Below are positions 48,754 to 62,587 of a stretch of 64,000 bases of DNA, one piece after another. The stretch's first letter is position 1. The number at the start of each line of letters is the position of its first letter. The position numbers and the translations under genes were made by a program. Source of the DNA: Octopus sinensis (lineage: Eukaryota); contig NC_043011.1 in NCBI RefSeq assembly GCF_006345805.1, positions 25,804,464-25,868,463 on the forward strand, in the 5' to 3' direction. A model generated the notes under the pieces. The model was not told where the DNA came from and did not search any database. It saw only the letters and a program-made list of their open reading frames with translations.

Positions 48754-49157
48754 TGAGCGATTGTGTGGTTGCGTACAAATTTTATATTTGTGTGCGTGTT
48801 TGTGAGAGTATGTACGTATGCGCACGATACATTTGCTGGGCTAATTCTGGTTGCTCTTGGCTACGCTTTTTTTTTTCTGTGGCTGTAGAAACGATGCTAC
48901 AATTATAATAATATGCACTTCCCAAGCGACAATCACACACATATGTATGTATGTATGTATGCATGTATGTATGTATGTATGTATGTATGTATGTCTGTAT
49001 GTATGTATGTATGTATGTATGATTGTTTGTTTGTATGTGAGTGTGTGTGTATATTATATATATGTATCTATGTATGAAAATATATATACATACATATATG
49101 CGTCTGTGTACATATACATATTTATATACATCAATGTGGTGTATGTATGTATGTATG

Positions 49158-49191
<34 letters not shown>

Positions 49192-49212
49192 TGTAGTATG
49201 TATGTAGTATAG

Positions 49213-49263
<51 letters not shown>

Positions 49264-49478
49264 GCGCGCGTACATACATATGAATATGGTTATATAAAAA
49301 CAGAATACGTTAACATAAATACGCATACGCAAACACGTGCGCGTATGTATGTATGGTAATATATGTATGTACACACACAAACATACACATAAACACACAC
49401 TGACTCATACATGTACACTGTATACATATTTTTATACAAATGTACTGCATATTTGTGTGTGAGTACATGTATTTATAC

Positions 49479-49511
<33 letters not shown>

Positions 49512-49757
49512 TGTATGTATGTGTGTATGTGTGTGCGTGTGTATAGAAATGTATGTATGTATATGGATATGCATAGAGTGTCATGTATATATAACGCATA
49601 TACACATATCTGTTTAGAATAACATGTTTGATTATGTGTCTATGGTAAAATATGAATGCATATACACATTCGCACATACATACGCACTTTTATACAGTAA
49701 ATATTATTATATAAATGTTGTGTGTATTAATGCGTATATGTATGCATGTTTGCGTGG

Positions 49758-49798
<41 letters not shown>

Positions 49799-50369
49799 CA
49801 TATATACACATGCATATATATTTATATGTATTAATGATATATACCTAATTATGTATGATAAATGTACGTATGTATATATAATATATAATATATATATATA
49901 TATATATATGCATGCGTATATATATAAATGTATGTATGATATATATATTATATATATATATATATATATATGCTCTCTGGTAGTGTGTATAGTATATTCA
50001 CAAGTATATATACGCATATATCTTTATAATAACTCGTTTGATTATATGTCTCTTCATGCACGCGTGTGTATATTCATGCATGTGTCTGTAAGTGTGTGTG
50101 TACGTGCATGTCTGTGTGTATGTGTGTGTATGTGTATGTGTGACTGCGTATGTGCGCGTGCGTGTGTGTGTATGTATGTGTGTGTGTGTGTGTGTGTGCG
50201 TGTGCGTGTCTATATACACCAATCAATAAAGCGGCCATTTTCTGATTTCTTTCTTTACTTAGTTTATAATTACAGTGGAAAGCCACAGCAGAGAGGAAGC
50301 AACGTTAATTTTCCTGAATATTATTGTAACGGCAACTTGCATCTTAGCGTTCTCTAGATTCTGGTCCTC

Positions 50370-50770
50370 AGAAGAACAGCAGCAACAACAAAAACAATAA
50401 CAACAACAACAACAGCCACTACGGTTTGTAACACTTACAACAACATCTGACTCAGCATTAGTAGCAGTAATAGCACCAACAACAAGTGCAGCGGCAACAA
50501 CAATAGCAACAACAAAAAACAAAACATCAGCAGCAACAAATTAGAGAAATGGTAGCAACAACAATTTCAACAACAAAGCAACACATGCAGCAGAAACAAC
50601 TGCAAGAAATAATATCACTCGCAACAACATCAGCTGCAGAAGAATAACAGCAACGAAAAAACAGTAGCAACAACACAACACTAGCAACAATAACGATACT
50701 AGTAGCAACAGTAGCAACAAAAACAGGAATAGCAACAACAATCGTAACAGCAGCAGCAGTAGTAACTGCG
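50370..50770. repeat. CAA/GCA/GTA trinucleotide tract
   Basis: Degenerate (CAA)n and (AGC)n arrays. Confidence 0.85.
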
Positions 50771-51077
50771 ACATAAATGAATTGAGATAGCATTCTCATA
50801 GTCGTTGCTAAAACTTGCTAAGAATAGCAACCAAATATTCTTCAAATCACACTCAACTATATGAGAAGGAAATCACGCCTACCCCCCAAAGAGAAGAAAC
50901 AACCAAACAAAACCCCTCCATCCCAGAAATGATGCATGTATTATTCCTGGATGTCAAGGGTTTAAAAAAGATTGAATCATCACGGCTAGAATGCCTTCGA
51001 ATCATTTCTGCTCGGCTATCTTTTAAACACACACACACAGAGATACACACACACACAGACACACACACACAGACACA

Positions 51078-51151
<74 letters not shown>

Positions 51152-51254
51152 CACACACACGCACACACACACACACACACCATAATGTAAATGTCTCCTT
51201 ATTTACATGCATATATACGTTTATATATACGTGTGTATGTATGTATACATATAT

Positions 51255-51454
51255 AGGCACGGGCGGCGTGGCTGTGTGGTAACATGCTTGCTTACCAACC
51301 ACATCTTTCCCGGTCAGTCCCACTGCGTAGCACATTGAGCAAGTCTCTTCTACTATAACTTCGGGCCGACCAAAGCCTTGCAAGTGAATTTGGTAGATGG
51401 AAACTGAAAGAAGCCCGTTGTGTGTCTATCTATCTATCTATCTATCTATCTATA

Positions 51455-51485
<31 letters not shown>

Positions 51486-51529
51486 ATATATATATATATA
51501 CACACACACCACACACACACACACACACA

Positions 51530-51596
<67 letters not shown>

Positions 51597-51856
51597 ATAT
51601 ATATATATGCACATATATATGTATATATTTCAGTGTGTGTGTGTCTGTTCTGTTTGTCCTCCAACCATCGCTTGACAACCATCAATTGCAAACCGATGTT
51701 GGTGTGCTTACATCCCCGTAAAGCAGTTCGACGAAAGTGGCCGATAGTATAAGTTCCAGGTTTACAAAGAATACATTCTGGAGTCGATTTCTGCGACTAA
51801 AAGCCCTTTAAGGCGGTGCTCCAGTATGGCCGCAGTCAAAAGACTGAAACAAGTAA
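51255..51856 (+). mobile_element. SINE family A, full-length with expanded microsatellite
   Basis: Head at 51255-51420, microsatellite, tail at 51640-51856. Confidence 0.85.
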
Positions 51857-52682
51857 CACAATAACAGAAGTGTGTATATGTATGTATGTAGTATGTATGT
51901 ATGTATGTATGTATGTATATAATGACCAGGGTATGGCTTTAAACTGCATCAGGTAGTAGGGCCCTCGTTCGGGAGTTCCAAGATTTCGAGGAATGTGGAA
52001 CCATCTAGACACTATTGTTCTCAGGTCTACACCGATCCAGTGTAGTGGCACTTGTGAGGGTCCCAGATGTGGGTTAATGTGCTTGCCCTATGTACGTGAA
52101 GACAAGATTCGGCAGACTTTGCAGAAGAAAACTTAATGGTTCATCAATAGACGAAGGCAGCTGCAGCAGCGCATTGTGCTGGGCAAAGAGCAAGATGAAG
52201 CAAGTAAGATATCTTGGTCATCTACTGCATTCGTCTCCATCCCCGGTATGCCTTAACCTGGTCTTGCTACTGGACTGAAAATGGTCATAGGTGAGAGAAT
52301 GAGGTTGATGGTGCGCAACTAATCTTCATTTTAAACGAAGTCACTACGCAAGTCATCAGTCATCTGTGAGGATGGTCAGATAGATGGTCGCTCCGAGAGA
52401 CGAATATGCATGTATGTGTGGGCGCAGTATGTCTGTATTAAGAAGTCACTACGCTGTCATGGGGTCCCAATTTCGATTCTGCAATACGACATTTTGGCAA
52501 ATGTAAATTTCTTTACCCTGGGGAGTGGAGTGGGGGGGTCAACCCAAACCTTTTGAGTGAAACTAAGTAGATGGAAATTGTATGGAAATCCTTTGAATGA
52601 ATTGTACCCGTAACACTGACTCCGTCTCAGAATTACATTAACAGTAGATGTTTCTGCGGAATATTCAACCATCCGTGAAATT

Positions 52683-52990
52683 GCGTGGTTTAGTGGTTGG
52701 CTTATTCGGTTCACGATCGTAAGGTTGTGACCTCGACCCCCAGCGGCGCGTTGTGTCCTTCAGTAAGACACTTTATTTCACGTTGATCCAGTTCACTCAG
52801 CTGACAAAAATGAACAGTACCTGTAATTTAAAACGGTCAGTCTTGACACATTCGGTGTGTTACGCTGCATCTCCCCGAGAACTATGCGTGTCTATGGAGT
52901 GCTCAGCCAGTTGCACATTAATATCACGAGTAGGCTGTTCCGTTGGTTGGATCAACTGGAACCATCGTCGTCGTAACCGACGGAGAACCA
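52683..52990 (+). mobile_element. tRNA-derived SINE family D
   Basis: Head gcgtggtttagtggttggctt..., domain ttgtgtccttcagtaagacactttatttcacg, tail ctggaaccatcgtcgtcgtaaccgacgga. Homologous to 54594-54920. Confidence 0.8.
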
Positions 52991-53062
52991 GATTATTCAA
53001 TTGTCCTGGTTGTTTAATTGATCAAACAACTCAGCATTCACGGTCGGAATTTTTAGATCTTG

Positions 53063-53202
53063 TACCTTTTACTTGCTCCAGTCACTGGGCTACGGCTATG
53101 TCTGGTACTTACTTCTATCGGTTTATTTTGCTAAACCGCTCGTGTTAGGGGGATGTAAACAAACCAACACCAGTTGTCAAGCAGTGGTGTTGTAGGGATA
53201 AC

Positions 53203-53233
<31 letters not shown>

Positions 53234-53329
53234 GCACAAGGTGACCTTGTTGAAAGTGTTATTGATATACTTGAATAAAATTATTAAAAATATGTACTTT
53301 CGCCTATGCATCCAAATTTTACGGTCACC

Positions 53330-53366
<37 letters not shown>

Positions 53367-53619
53367 CATACCTACATACATACATACATACATACATACA
53401 TACATACAAACATACATACATACATGTGTGTGTGTGTGTGTGTGTGCGCGTGTTTAAACACGATGTTTTCCACATAGTTTTCCTTTATCAAATTCGCTCA
53501 CAAAGCTTGGCCGGCCCAGGGTTGTCGTAGAAAAACACTTGCTCGAAGTGACGCGCACTGAGGACTGAATCCGAAACCACATGACTGCAAAGCAAGCTTC
53601 TTAACCACATAGCCATGCT
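53063..53619 (-). mobile_element. SINE family A with a nested mini-element in its microsatellite
   Basis: Tail at 53063-53190 and head at 53465-53619. Confidence 0.75.
53237..53332. mobile_element. 96-bp Tc1/mariner-type MITE or deletion derivative
   Basis: The ends caaggtgacc and ggtcaccctg are inverted. The right end is followed by (TA)n. Confidence 0.5.
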
Positions 53620-54006
53620 TGATTAATGCACAATACATAAAATATTCTTTTATTTTTTCTTCATGCGTGTCAGCTATGCTTCTGCGGTCATCCTGTTTAT
53701 GAAAATACATAAAAATTAAACGGAACGATATACAAATGCAGAACTATCACAAACCCAATATTTTGCACACAAATAAATGAATGAATCAATGGATGAATCA
53801 ATGAATGAATCAATCAATGAGTTAGTGAATCAATCACTGATTCAGTCACTCAATTAATTAATTAGTTAATTAATCAATTAATGTATGTCTTTGGGATTTA
53901 TTTAAGTTTTCCTGTGCAGAGTTCAAGTAGCTCTTTTGTTTAGTCAAGGCACCTCTTGGGGTTGTGGTTATCTGAATTGATTGGTATATATATATATATA
54001 TATATA

Positions 54007-54052
<46 letters not shown>

Positions 54053-54144
54053 TATATATATATATATGTGTGTGTGTGAAAGTGTGTATATGTCTGTGCG
54101 TAAATAAACTTGCACTTGTGTAGTGAATGTGCATGTCACTTTCA

Positions 54145-54361
54145 TATGGTTCCAAATTTTGGTACAAGGCCAGCAATTTTATAGAAGGGGCCATATTGGT
54201 TACATCGACCCCAGTGCTCAACCGGTACTTATTTTATCGATCTCGAAAAGATGAAAAGCAAAAAGTCGACCTCGGCGGGATTTGAACTCAGGACGGGCAG
54301 AAAGACGAAATACCTCTAAGCATTTTACCTGGCGTGCTAACTATTCTACCAACTCGCCGCC
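54145..54361 (-). mobile_element. SINE family B copy
   Basis: Reverse complement of head, domain and a cttgtaccaaaatttggaacca tail. Confidence 0.8.
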
Positions 54362-54593
54362 CTTTACGTCACGTTAATATACAAGCGTGCCTTTCATTAC
54401 TCTCTATATCTTTGCGGATGGGATCTCTCAGGTACCTGAAATGGAGAATCGCTGAAATGTTTTGCAAATTTTCACTGTACCGCAAATCTTTTACAGTGGA
54501 AAATGCGTATCGGCCTGATCTGTTCTTTTTCAGAGAAACCTAGCATTTCAATGTTTTTATGCAGATCTGTTCTTACATAAACCAGCCTTTTAC

Positions 54594-54920
54594 ACTGGCA
54601 TTCCGTCAGTTACGACGACGAGGGTTCCAGTTGATCCAATCAACGGAACAGCCTGCCCGTGAAATTAACATACAAGTGGCTGAGCACTCCACAAGCACGT
54701 GTACCCCTAACGTAGTTCTTAGGGAGATTCAGCGTGACACAGACTGTGACATAGACTGTGACAAAGCTGGCCGTTTGAAATACAGGTACTAATTTTTGCC
54801 AACTGAGTGGACTGGAGTAACGTGAAATAAAGTATTTTGTTCAAGGACACAACGCGTCGCAGGGAATTGAACTCACAACCTGCGATCGTGAGCCGAATAG
54901 TCAAACCACTAAGACACGCG
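54594..54920 (-). mobile_element. SINE family D copy
   Basis: Reverse complement of 52683-52990, with an internal tandem gactgtgaca duplication. Confidence 0.8.
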
Positions 54921-55274
54921 TTTTCATACATAAACCAATACACTTAAAAAAATAGAAACTAATAAAAAATCTATGGCGTAGAGTTGTATGTTTCTCATCA
55001 CTTTTCCATAGATGTTTATTTTTCCCTTAATGTTTGGCGAGATGTTTGTATCCGCTGAATTGCTGATATCTAAAGCACTGCAGGATTTTTGCTCCCTGTT
55101 CCATACAGCAATTTCTGGTCTCTGTGGTTACACTATTTTTATTTAAATGTTCTACCAGGATTTTAAATGGTGTGAATATATTTTGGTTCTGGTGTGCCTT
55201 TGATATTGCATTGTAGGCGGTTTTGCTCACATTTTTGGACAGCTGCTGATTTGTTTGTTTGTTTGTTGAGCGAA

Positions 55275-55604
55275 GCGGTCTTCGTCCATTAGTGGGAGAG
55301 GTCCGAAACGTGGTCCTTTGCTATTCGTAAGATCTACAGAAGAGAAAGCAGGTCGACCCCCGACACCGAGAGTATCGACGGATGGATGAATGCGCATCCA
55401 GGCTCAGCGGTTGCGCAGGAAGTCGGGGACAAGAAACAGGAAGAAAGAGTGAGAGACAGTTGGAGCGAAAGAGTACAACAGGAGCCTCGTGGAGCTTTAG
55501 GTATTTTCGCTCAATAAACACACACAACGCCCTGTCTGGGAATCGAAACCACGATCCTCCGACCGTGAGTCCGCTGCCCTAACCACTGGGCCATTGCGCC
55601 TCCA
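55275..55604 (-). mobile_element. tRNA-derived SINE family C
   Basis: The minus-strand head ggcgcaatggcccagtggttagggcagcggactc...ggtttcgattccc has clear A and B boxes. Confidence 0.75.
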
Positions 55605-56448
55605 CGACAGCTGCTAATGATATTAGTGATTTCTTCTACACTAGTATGGCACAATTGACATATTCTATCAGAACATAGAAGTTTAGAGGCATCGTTATCT
55701 CTCTTGTTCTCTCTATCTCTCAGGTAGTTTGTATATATCTGCAAGACTTGAAAGCAAAGGAGTAACTTTCTAGGTGAGATGTGATCTATTTATCACATCT
55801 CCAGGAGAGACTACTATTACTGTTAATGTTGTTTATATGTAAGGTTGTTCATAATTTTTTCAGTCTGCAAAGAAACGGCCAAAAATTGCCCTGTTTATAA
55901 TTATACCATATGTTACATATTATTATATCATACCTTGATACTATGTGGACTAAGATCCCCGTTGACGGGCCGCTGGTATTTATAGACTGTTAAACACTTT
56001 CGGTATGCAAATTAGGGGCTCCTTCATAGAGTAACTGCTGCATATGTTCAGTATATAGACAGTTTCTCTAGAGACTGATGTGGACGCCGCTGTTGAGAAC
56101 CCAATGAGTTTCGAAAATCGATTAAGGTTTGTTTATCCTTTTTTTTTAAGTCTGCAGAGAAATAGCTAAAATTTGCTCTGCTTATAATTATACCATATGT
56201 TACATATGCATGTGCGTGTGTGTGTATGTATGTATGTATGTATGCCATACCCACTTCAGGAATTCTGGAGTTGTGGGGAACGAAGAATCACCCCTTAATT
56301 ACCATTATTCCCACCTCCGTTCGGAACCGGAAGAGTAATATCTATCAGGGTCCCATTTATAGGTTAAATAGATTTCCCCGAGAGTAGACGAGGGTCCAGT
56401 TATTTTTGACTGAGCTGGGTGGAAGGCGGCTCTTCTAGGAGAAAGATA

Positions 56449-56962
56449 TCTATATATATAAAACTGTAGTTGTGTGAGTATCTGTCCCCTTCGATTTAGA
56501 TTCCTAACTACTCCCACATTTTGCGGTGCAGTTTAACCAAATTCGGGTATCTTATAGTCGTGATTCATATCGAGCCCGTCTGGGTATTAGCGCGCGTCTA
56601 CGCTGAGTCTACGATTTTAAAAATAATTTAACATCATTTTTTATTCCATTTTAATGCATATTTTTTCGTGTGTCGATGGCGGCGGAGTTGGCGTCCATGG
56701 TCACACCTGCACCTGTGTTGCTTCTCCCCCTTCTTCCCTCCCTCGTGAAACTGTGAGGATGGGAGTGTAAGGAAATCAACGTCGTAAAGCGTTGTCAAGG
56801 AGACCAGCGTTCTTTTAGAACAACGACTTCATGGCTTGAAGACACCAAAACAGAAGTGGCTAAGAAAGTCCGAATTGGCATCTATAAAGGAAGTAACTCT
56901 CTAAAAATGCTTATATAGTTATTTCCCTTACAAACCCGAGCAACGCCGGGCGATACTGCTAG
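56449..56962 (+). mobile_element. Non-autonomous Helitron, copy 2
   Basis: A|TCTATATATATAAAA...cccgagcaacgccgggcgatactgCTAG|T. Confidence 0.88.
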
Positions 56963-57252
56963 TTTGTATATAAAAATTGCAGTCAGAAAAGTACCAGTCC
57001 TCTTACAATGCTCGTCACTGGAATCTAGGATGAGGACCAAAAATGTTGCTCTAGTTTTTGTCACTTAAATCCAGTGATGTACGGATGTTTCATTGCTATT
57101 TCATTTCTTGATTCGTTTTGTATTTTGTAATACCCTATGACGATGGATGCGCAACTAAAAAGTCATACCTGCGCACAGGCAAGGATGAAAGAAAATCAGA
57201 ACAATCAGGCTGAATGAGAGAGACGGTTATCGTCTGACAAGGTAAGACACTC

Positions 57253-57590
57253 ATGTATGTATGTATGTATGTATGTATGTATGTATGTATGTATGTATGT
57301 ATGTATGTATGTATGTACGTAAGTACGTACGTATGTATGTATGTATGTATGTATGTATGTATGTATGTATGTATGTACGTACGTACGTACGTACGTATGT
57401 ATGTATGTATGTATGTATGTATGTACGTATGTATGTATGTATGTATGTATGTATGTATGTATGTATGTATGTATGTATGTATGTACGTACGTATGTATGT
57501 ATGTATGTATGTACGTACGTACGTACGTACGTACGTATGTATGTATGTATGTATATATGTATGTATGTATGCATGTATGTATGTATTATA
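57253..57590. repeat. (TATG)n/(TACG)n mosaic tetranucleotide array
   Basis: Blocks of tatg are interspersed with runs of tacg. Confidence 0.9.
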
Positions 57591-57757
57591 GGCGCAGGCG
57601 TGGCTATGTGGTAAGAAGCTTGCTCCCCAACCACATGGTTCTGGGTTCAGTCCCACTGAGTGGTACTTCTGGCAACTGTCTTCTTCTACAGCCTCGGGCT
57701 AACCAAAGCCTTCTGAGTGCATTTGGTAGACAGAAACTGAAAGAGGCCCGTCGTATG

Positions 57758-57827
<70 letters not shown>

Positions 57828-57828
57828 C

Positions 57829-57900
<72 letters not shown>

Positions 57901-58424
57901 ATGTGTGTGTGTGTATAGTTGCATGTCTAGATATGCACATATATACTTAAATGATAAACTTCTGCAAAGCTTTACACATTTTTACAGTTCCAGTGAAAAC
58001 GTGGATCTGTAGTCTTCGAATCAGTTTATTTTGCTTTCTTCGTAAAACCTAGTTTTTCTAGGTTTTTGTGTAAATTTGTTGGTACATAACCTAATCTCCT
58101 TTCTGGCTTTTAGAAGTCAAATTTCTCAAGACTGATATTTAGGATGTGTGTTATATATTCCAGCGCTCCAATAATTACGAGTGTAACCCTGAACTTGTAT
58201 CTTTGTGTCTGTGCCTGACCTCCCCCCATCACCACTTGACAACCGGTGTTGGTGTGCTTGTATCCCCGTAACTTAGCGTTTTGGTAAAAGTAACCAATAG
58301 AATAAGTACCACTTCTCAAAAAAAAAATAAAAGAAGTACTAGGGTCGATTCATTCGACTAAAAATTCAAGGCGGTGCCCCAGCATGACCACGGTCTAGTG
58401 ACTGAAACAAGTAAAAAATAAAAG
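57590..58424 (+). mobile_element. SINE family A split by a family P3 insertion
   Basis: Head at 57590-57755, microsatellite, P3 copy at about 57915-58195, tail at 58205-58424. Confidence 0.7.
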
Positions 58425-58914
58425 ATGTATGTATGTATGTATGTATGTATGTTACACTTCTGTTTTTAATTATTTAAATTCTTCCTTCGAAGAAGTAACT
58501 GGTTTCTAACAAAGATACAAAGCTTCATCTTTCGAATGTAGATAACGAAAACAATGTCACATTTTAAACCTGACAAAAGTCTTGCACAATTTTACTGTTC
58601 CACTTACAGAAAGTATTTGTAATGTGCGAGTCAGTTGGTTGATTTTTTCTTTTTTTTTTTTCTTTTTCTGGAAATTCAAAGCTTATCCGGACTGACAGTT
58701 AGGCATTTACTCTCAAAACCAAGTGCGCCAATTATCATTGTTAAAAATGTAAATTTGTAATCCGGAAATTGAAGCTTGAGGTTTCGAAAAAGCTGTCCAT
58801 GGTTATCTTCTTTCTCTTTGATTTTCACATCAGCAGCACAGCTGACTTCTATGATGGTACATACTTTTTCTTATCTGTCCCAAACAACAATATCCTGTCT
58901 TTTATGCTTGACAG

Positions 58915-59490
58915 ATGCATGCATGCATGTACGTACGTATGTATGTATGTATGTATGTATGTATGTATGTATTATGTATGTATGTATGTATGTATGTATG
59001 TATATTTGTATGTATTGTATGTATGTATGTATGTATGTTGTATGTATGTATATTTGTATGTTGTATGTATGTATGTATGTATGTAATGTATGTATGTATG
59101 TATGTATGTATGTATGTATATGTATGTGTATGTATGTATGTATGTATGTAGTATGTATGTATGTATATTTGTATGTATGTATGTATGTATATTTGTATGT
59201 ATGTATGTATGTATGTATGTATGTATGTATGTATGTTATATTTGTATGTATGTATGTATGTATTGTATGTAGTATGTATGTATGTATGTATGTGTATGTA
59301 TGTATATTGTATGTATGTTATGTATGTATGTATGTATGTATGTATGTATTATGTATGTATGTATGTATGTATGTATGTATGTATGTATGTATGTATGTAT
59401 GTATGTGTATGTATGTATGTATGTATGTATGTATGTATGTATGTATGTATGTATATTTGTATGTATGTATGTATGTATGTACGTATGTAT
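58915..59490. repeat. Long degenerate (TATG)n array
   Basis: About 575 bp of tatg with recurring tatttg and tgtagta variants. Confidence 0.9.
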
Positions 59491-59519
59491 GTTTTTTCTT
59501 TGAGTTCTATTTAAGTTCT

Positions 59520-59830
59520 TCTTAAGACAGTTCAAGCCGGTTGCTAACAAACGACAAAACTTTTGGGGTTAAGAGAGTTCCCGGTGTCTGTAAATATGTG
59601 GTTGAACTGGTGTGTTGGTTGAATTGGAGATGCATACATCTAAATGTGTGTATCTGTTCACCTAAAGAATCTCAGCTGGAGAATTTTTCGAATGTCTTAC
59701 AAATCTTCACTGTGTCGCTAACAGAGTGGATTTGGAGAATCTGCGTCAGTTTATTTTGCTTTCTTCGAAAAACCTAGAATTTCTAGGTTTTTGTATAAAT
59801 TTGTTGGTACATAACCTAATGTACCTATGA
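59520..59830 (-). mobile_element. Family P3-related copy
   Basis: Shares cagtttattttgctttcttcg.aaaacctag...tgttggtacataacctaat with 58022-58095. Confidence 0.65.
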
Positions 59831-60613
59831 TACAAATGAGAATTGATAGTCAGGGTACAAGATTTGTAAGTTTCGCATTATTTATTAAAATGTAAACATA
59901 ATAGCTAATTTAAACTACTGTACACAGTTTCATTTCTCTGTCCCAAATCACTATGTCAGGTATATTATGTTTACATTTTATTGATGTATATATATTTATA
60001 TATATATATGATATGTATGTATGTACGTATGCATGTATGCATGCATGTATGTATGTGTGTATGCATGCATGTTTGTATGTAAACAACGGTATAAAAAGAA
60101 CTATAGTAGATCCATTATAGTCTATGCTAGTTTTGCCAGAGAATTCTGAGACAAACATCTTTACCACGCCGCCGTATTCGCGTCTCAGCTTATACCCTGA
60201 TACGAAGGAATCTCAGCAGTGTTTACTGCAACGTCGATGCAAAATGGTATAAACTCATTATTTCAGTAACATCAGTTGAATATACAACCCAACCTAATCT
60301 TATTTTAATAAGTTAAAGTTAATTACATTTTTAATTATAATTTCTGATTAGGTTTTTTTTAAAAAAAAAAAATCTTTTCTGGTGGATATGGTTAAATTAA
60401 AAATGTACTGAAACATATAATTATTTGTCCAATAGTTTTAACGAGATTTCATTGAGTCTTATCAGCTTAATCAAGGTTCCATAGATCATTGTTGACAACA
60501 TACATACGTACATATATACATACATACATACATACATATATACATATATGTATGTATGTGTGTATGTATGTATGTATGTATGTATGTATGTATGTATGTA
60601 TGTATGTGTATAT

Positions 60614-60650
<37 letters not shown>

Positions 60651-61055
60651 CTTTTACTCTTTTACTCTTTTACTTGCTTGAGTCATTTGACTGCGGCCAT
60701 GCTGGAGCACCGCCTTTAGTCGTGCTCATCGACCCCGGGAATTATTCTTTGTAAGCCAAGTACTTATTCTATCGGTTTCTTTTGCCGAACCGCTAAGTGA
60801 CGGGGACATAAACACACCAACATCGGTTGTCAAACAATGCAAGAGGGACAAACACACATACACACACACACACACATATATATATACATATATACGACGG
60901 GCGTCTTTCAGTTTCCGTCTACAAAGTCAACTCACAAGGCTTTGGTCGGCCCGAGGCTATAGTAGAAGACACTTGCCCAAGGTGCCATGCAGTAGGACTG
61001 AACCTGGAACCATGTGGTTGGTAAGCAAGCACTTATCACAACCACTCCTGCGCCT
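60651..61055 (-). mobile_element. SINE family A, full-length
   Basis: Head, short microsatellite and tail. Confidence 0.88.
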
Positions 61056-61058
61056 ATA

Positions 61059-61141
<83 letters not shown>

Positions 61142-61370
61142 ATATATATATAGCACAGGTATGGACTGCCATGTCATACTAACCATAAATTGGTGGAGAA
61201 GCAAAAAGTTATTCTTACATGAGAACATTAGCGTGTTGTAGGGTGAGTTAAGGAAGATAGACAATCGATTATTTTAATAGATTAATTGCATGGAGACCAG
61301 ACCATTGTGAGGTAATTTGGAGCTTCATTTATTTTGTAACTAACGAACTATGCATGTGCGTGTGTGCGCG

Positions 61371-61433
<63 letters not shown>

Positions 61434-61541
61434 GCGTGCGAGCTGAAGATTCACTGAATTGCTCTTCCGAGTGTCTTTTGAGTAAATATACTAAAGAAAG
61501 ACCTGTATCGATATATATACGTACTGCATATATATATGTAT

Positions 61542-61618
<77 letters not shown>

Positions 61619-61627
61619 GTATATGTA

Positions 61628-61856
61628 TTCTTTCATTCTTTCATTCTTTTACTTGTTTCCGTCATATTTGACTGCGGCCATGCTGGAGCACACTGCTTTT
61701 AATCCAACAAATCGATTCCAGGACTTATTATTTGTAAGCCTAGTACTTATTCTATCGGTATCTTTTGCTGAACCGCTAAGTTACGTAAGGGGCGTAAACA
61801 CACCAACATCGGTTGTCAAGCGACGTTGGGGGGAACAAAACACAGACACAAACATA
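61628..61856 (-). mobile_element. SINE family A tail
   Basis: gtcatatttgactgcggccatgctggagc...gggggaacaaaacacagacac. Confidence 0.78.
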
Positions 61857-61877
61857 TAGATACATATATATACATAC

Positions 61878-61925
<48 letters not shown>

Positions 61926-62587
61926 ATACATATATATATATATCAGAAATACTAAATTTCTAAATCTCTCGTAGAGACATGTGCGGTGGTGGGGCGATAG
62001 AATGGTTGTATACTGTCAATCTAACACGAACGTGACAGTAGGGGGTACACCACCGCTGTTTAGCCCTAGGAAGCATCGACGCCTCCTGATGGTTTTGACG
62101 AAGGACAATCATCCTGAAAAACGTGTCCCTAGATGCAGCCCGGGCGGCTGGGGGTATTTGTCTCCCCTTCGTAAATGTATATAAGGACACAGGAAAAATG
62201 TGTCTTCTTTACACACCAACTTCTACGCTTAACCACCCCTGAGTGCGCGAACACACATACACACACGTGTGAAATACCGGGGTCTTCCGCTAGAATTACT
62301 GCTTATAAAAGATAAATGAATTAACGAAACCATACAATAACGTTCTGTATTAAACAATTAACCCTCACTCATTTCCCATAATTGATTGTGCATATAGCTG
62401 ATATTTCAGCGTTAAACACTTTAGACGTTCTGAAATTACTGCGCTGGGTTCAGAAATGCTGAGAAGCAGGAACATGTTTTAAAACGTTTATTTTCTTACA
62501 AACGAAATCACCGCTGCAACGGCAACAACATTCTTTTTTTTTCGTCTGTTCATCGCTGATACGTGCCACGTCATTTTTTAAGTAGCT

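Noticed and set aside
50274-50400. Plus-strand acceptor followed by a hydrophobic peptide ([16 protein letters not shown]...)
   Set aside because: It is short, runs into a (CAA)n tract, and no partner exon was found.
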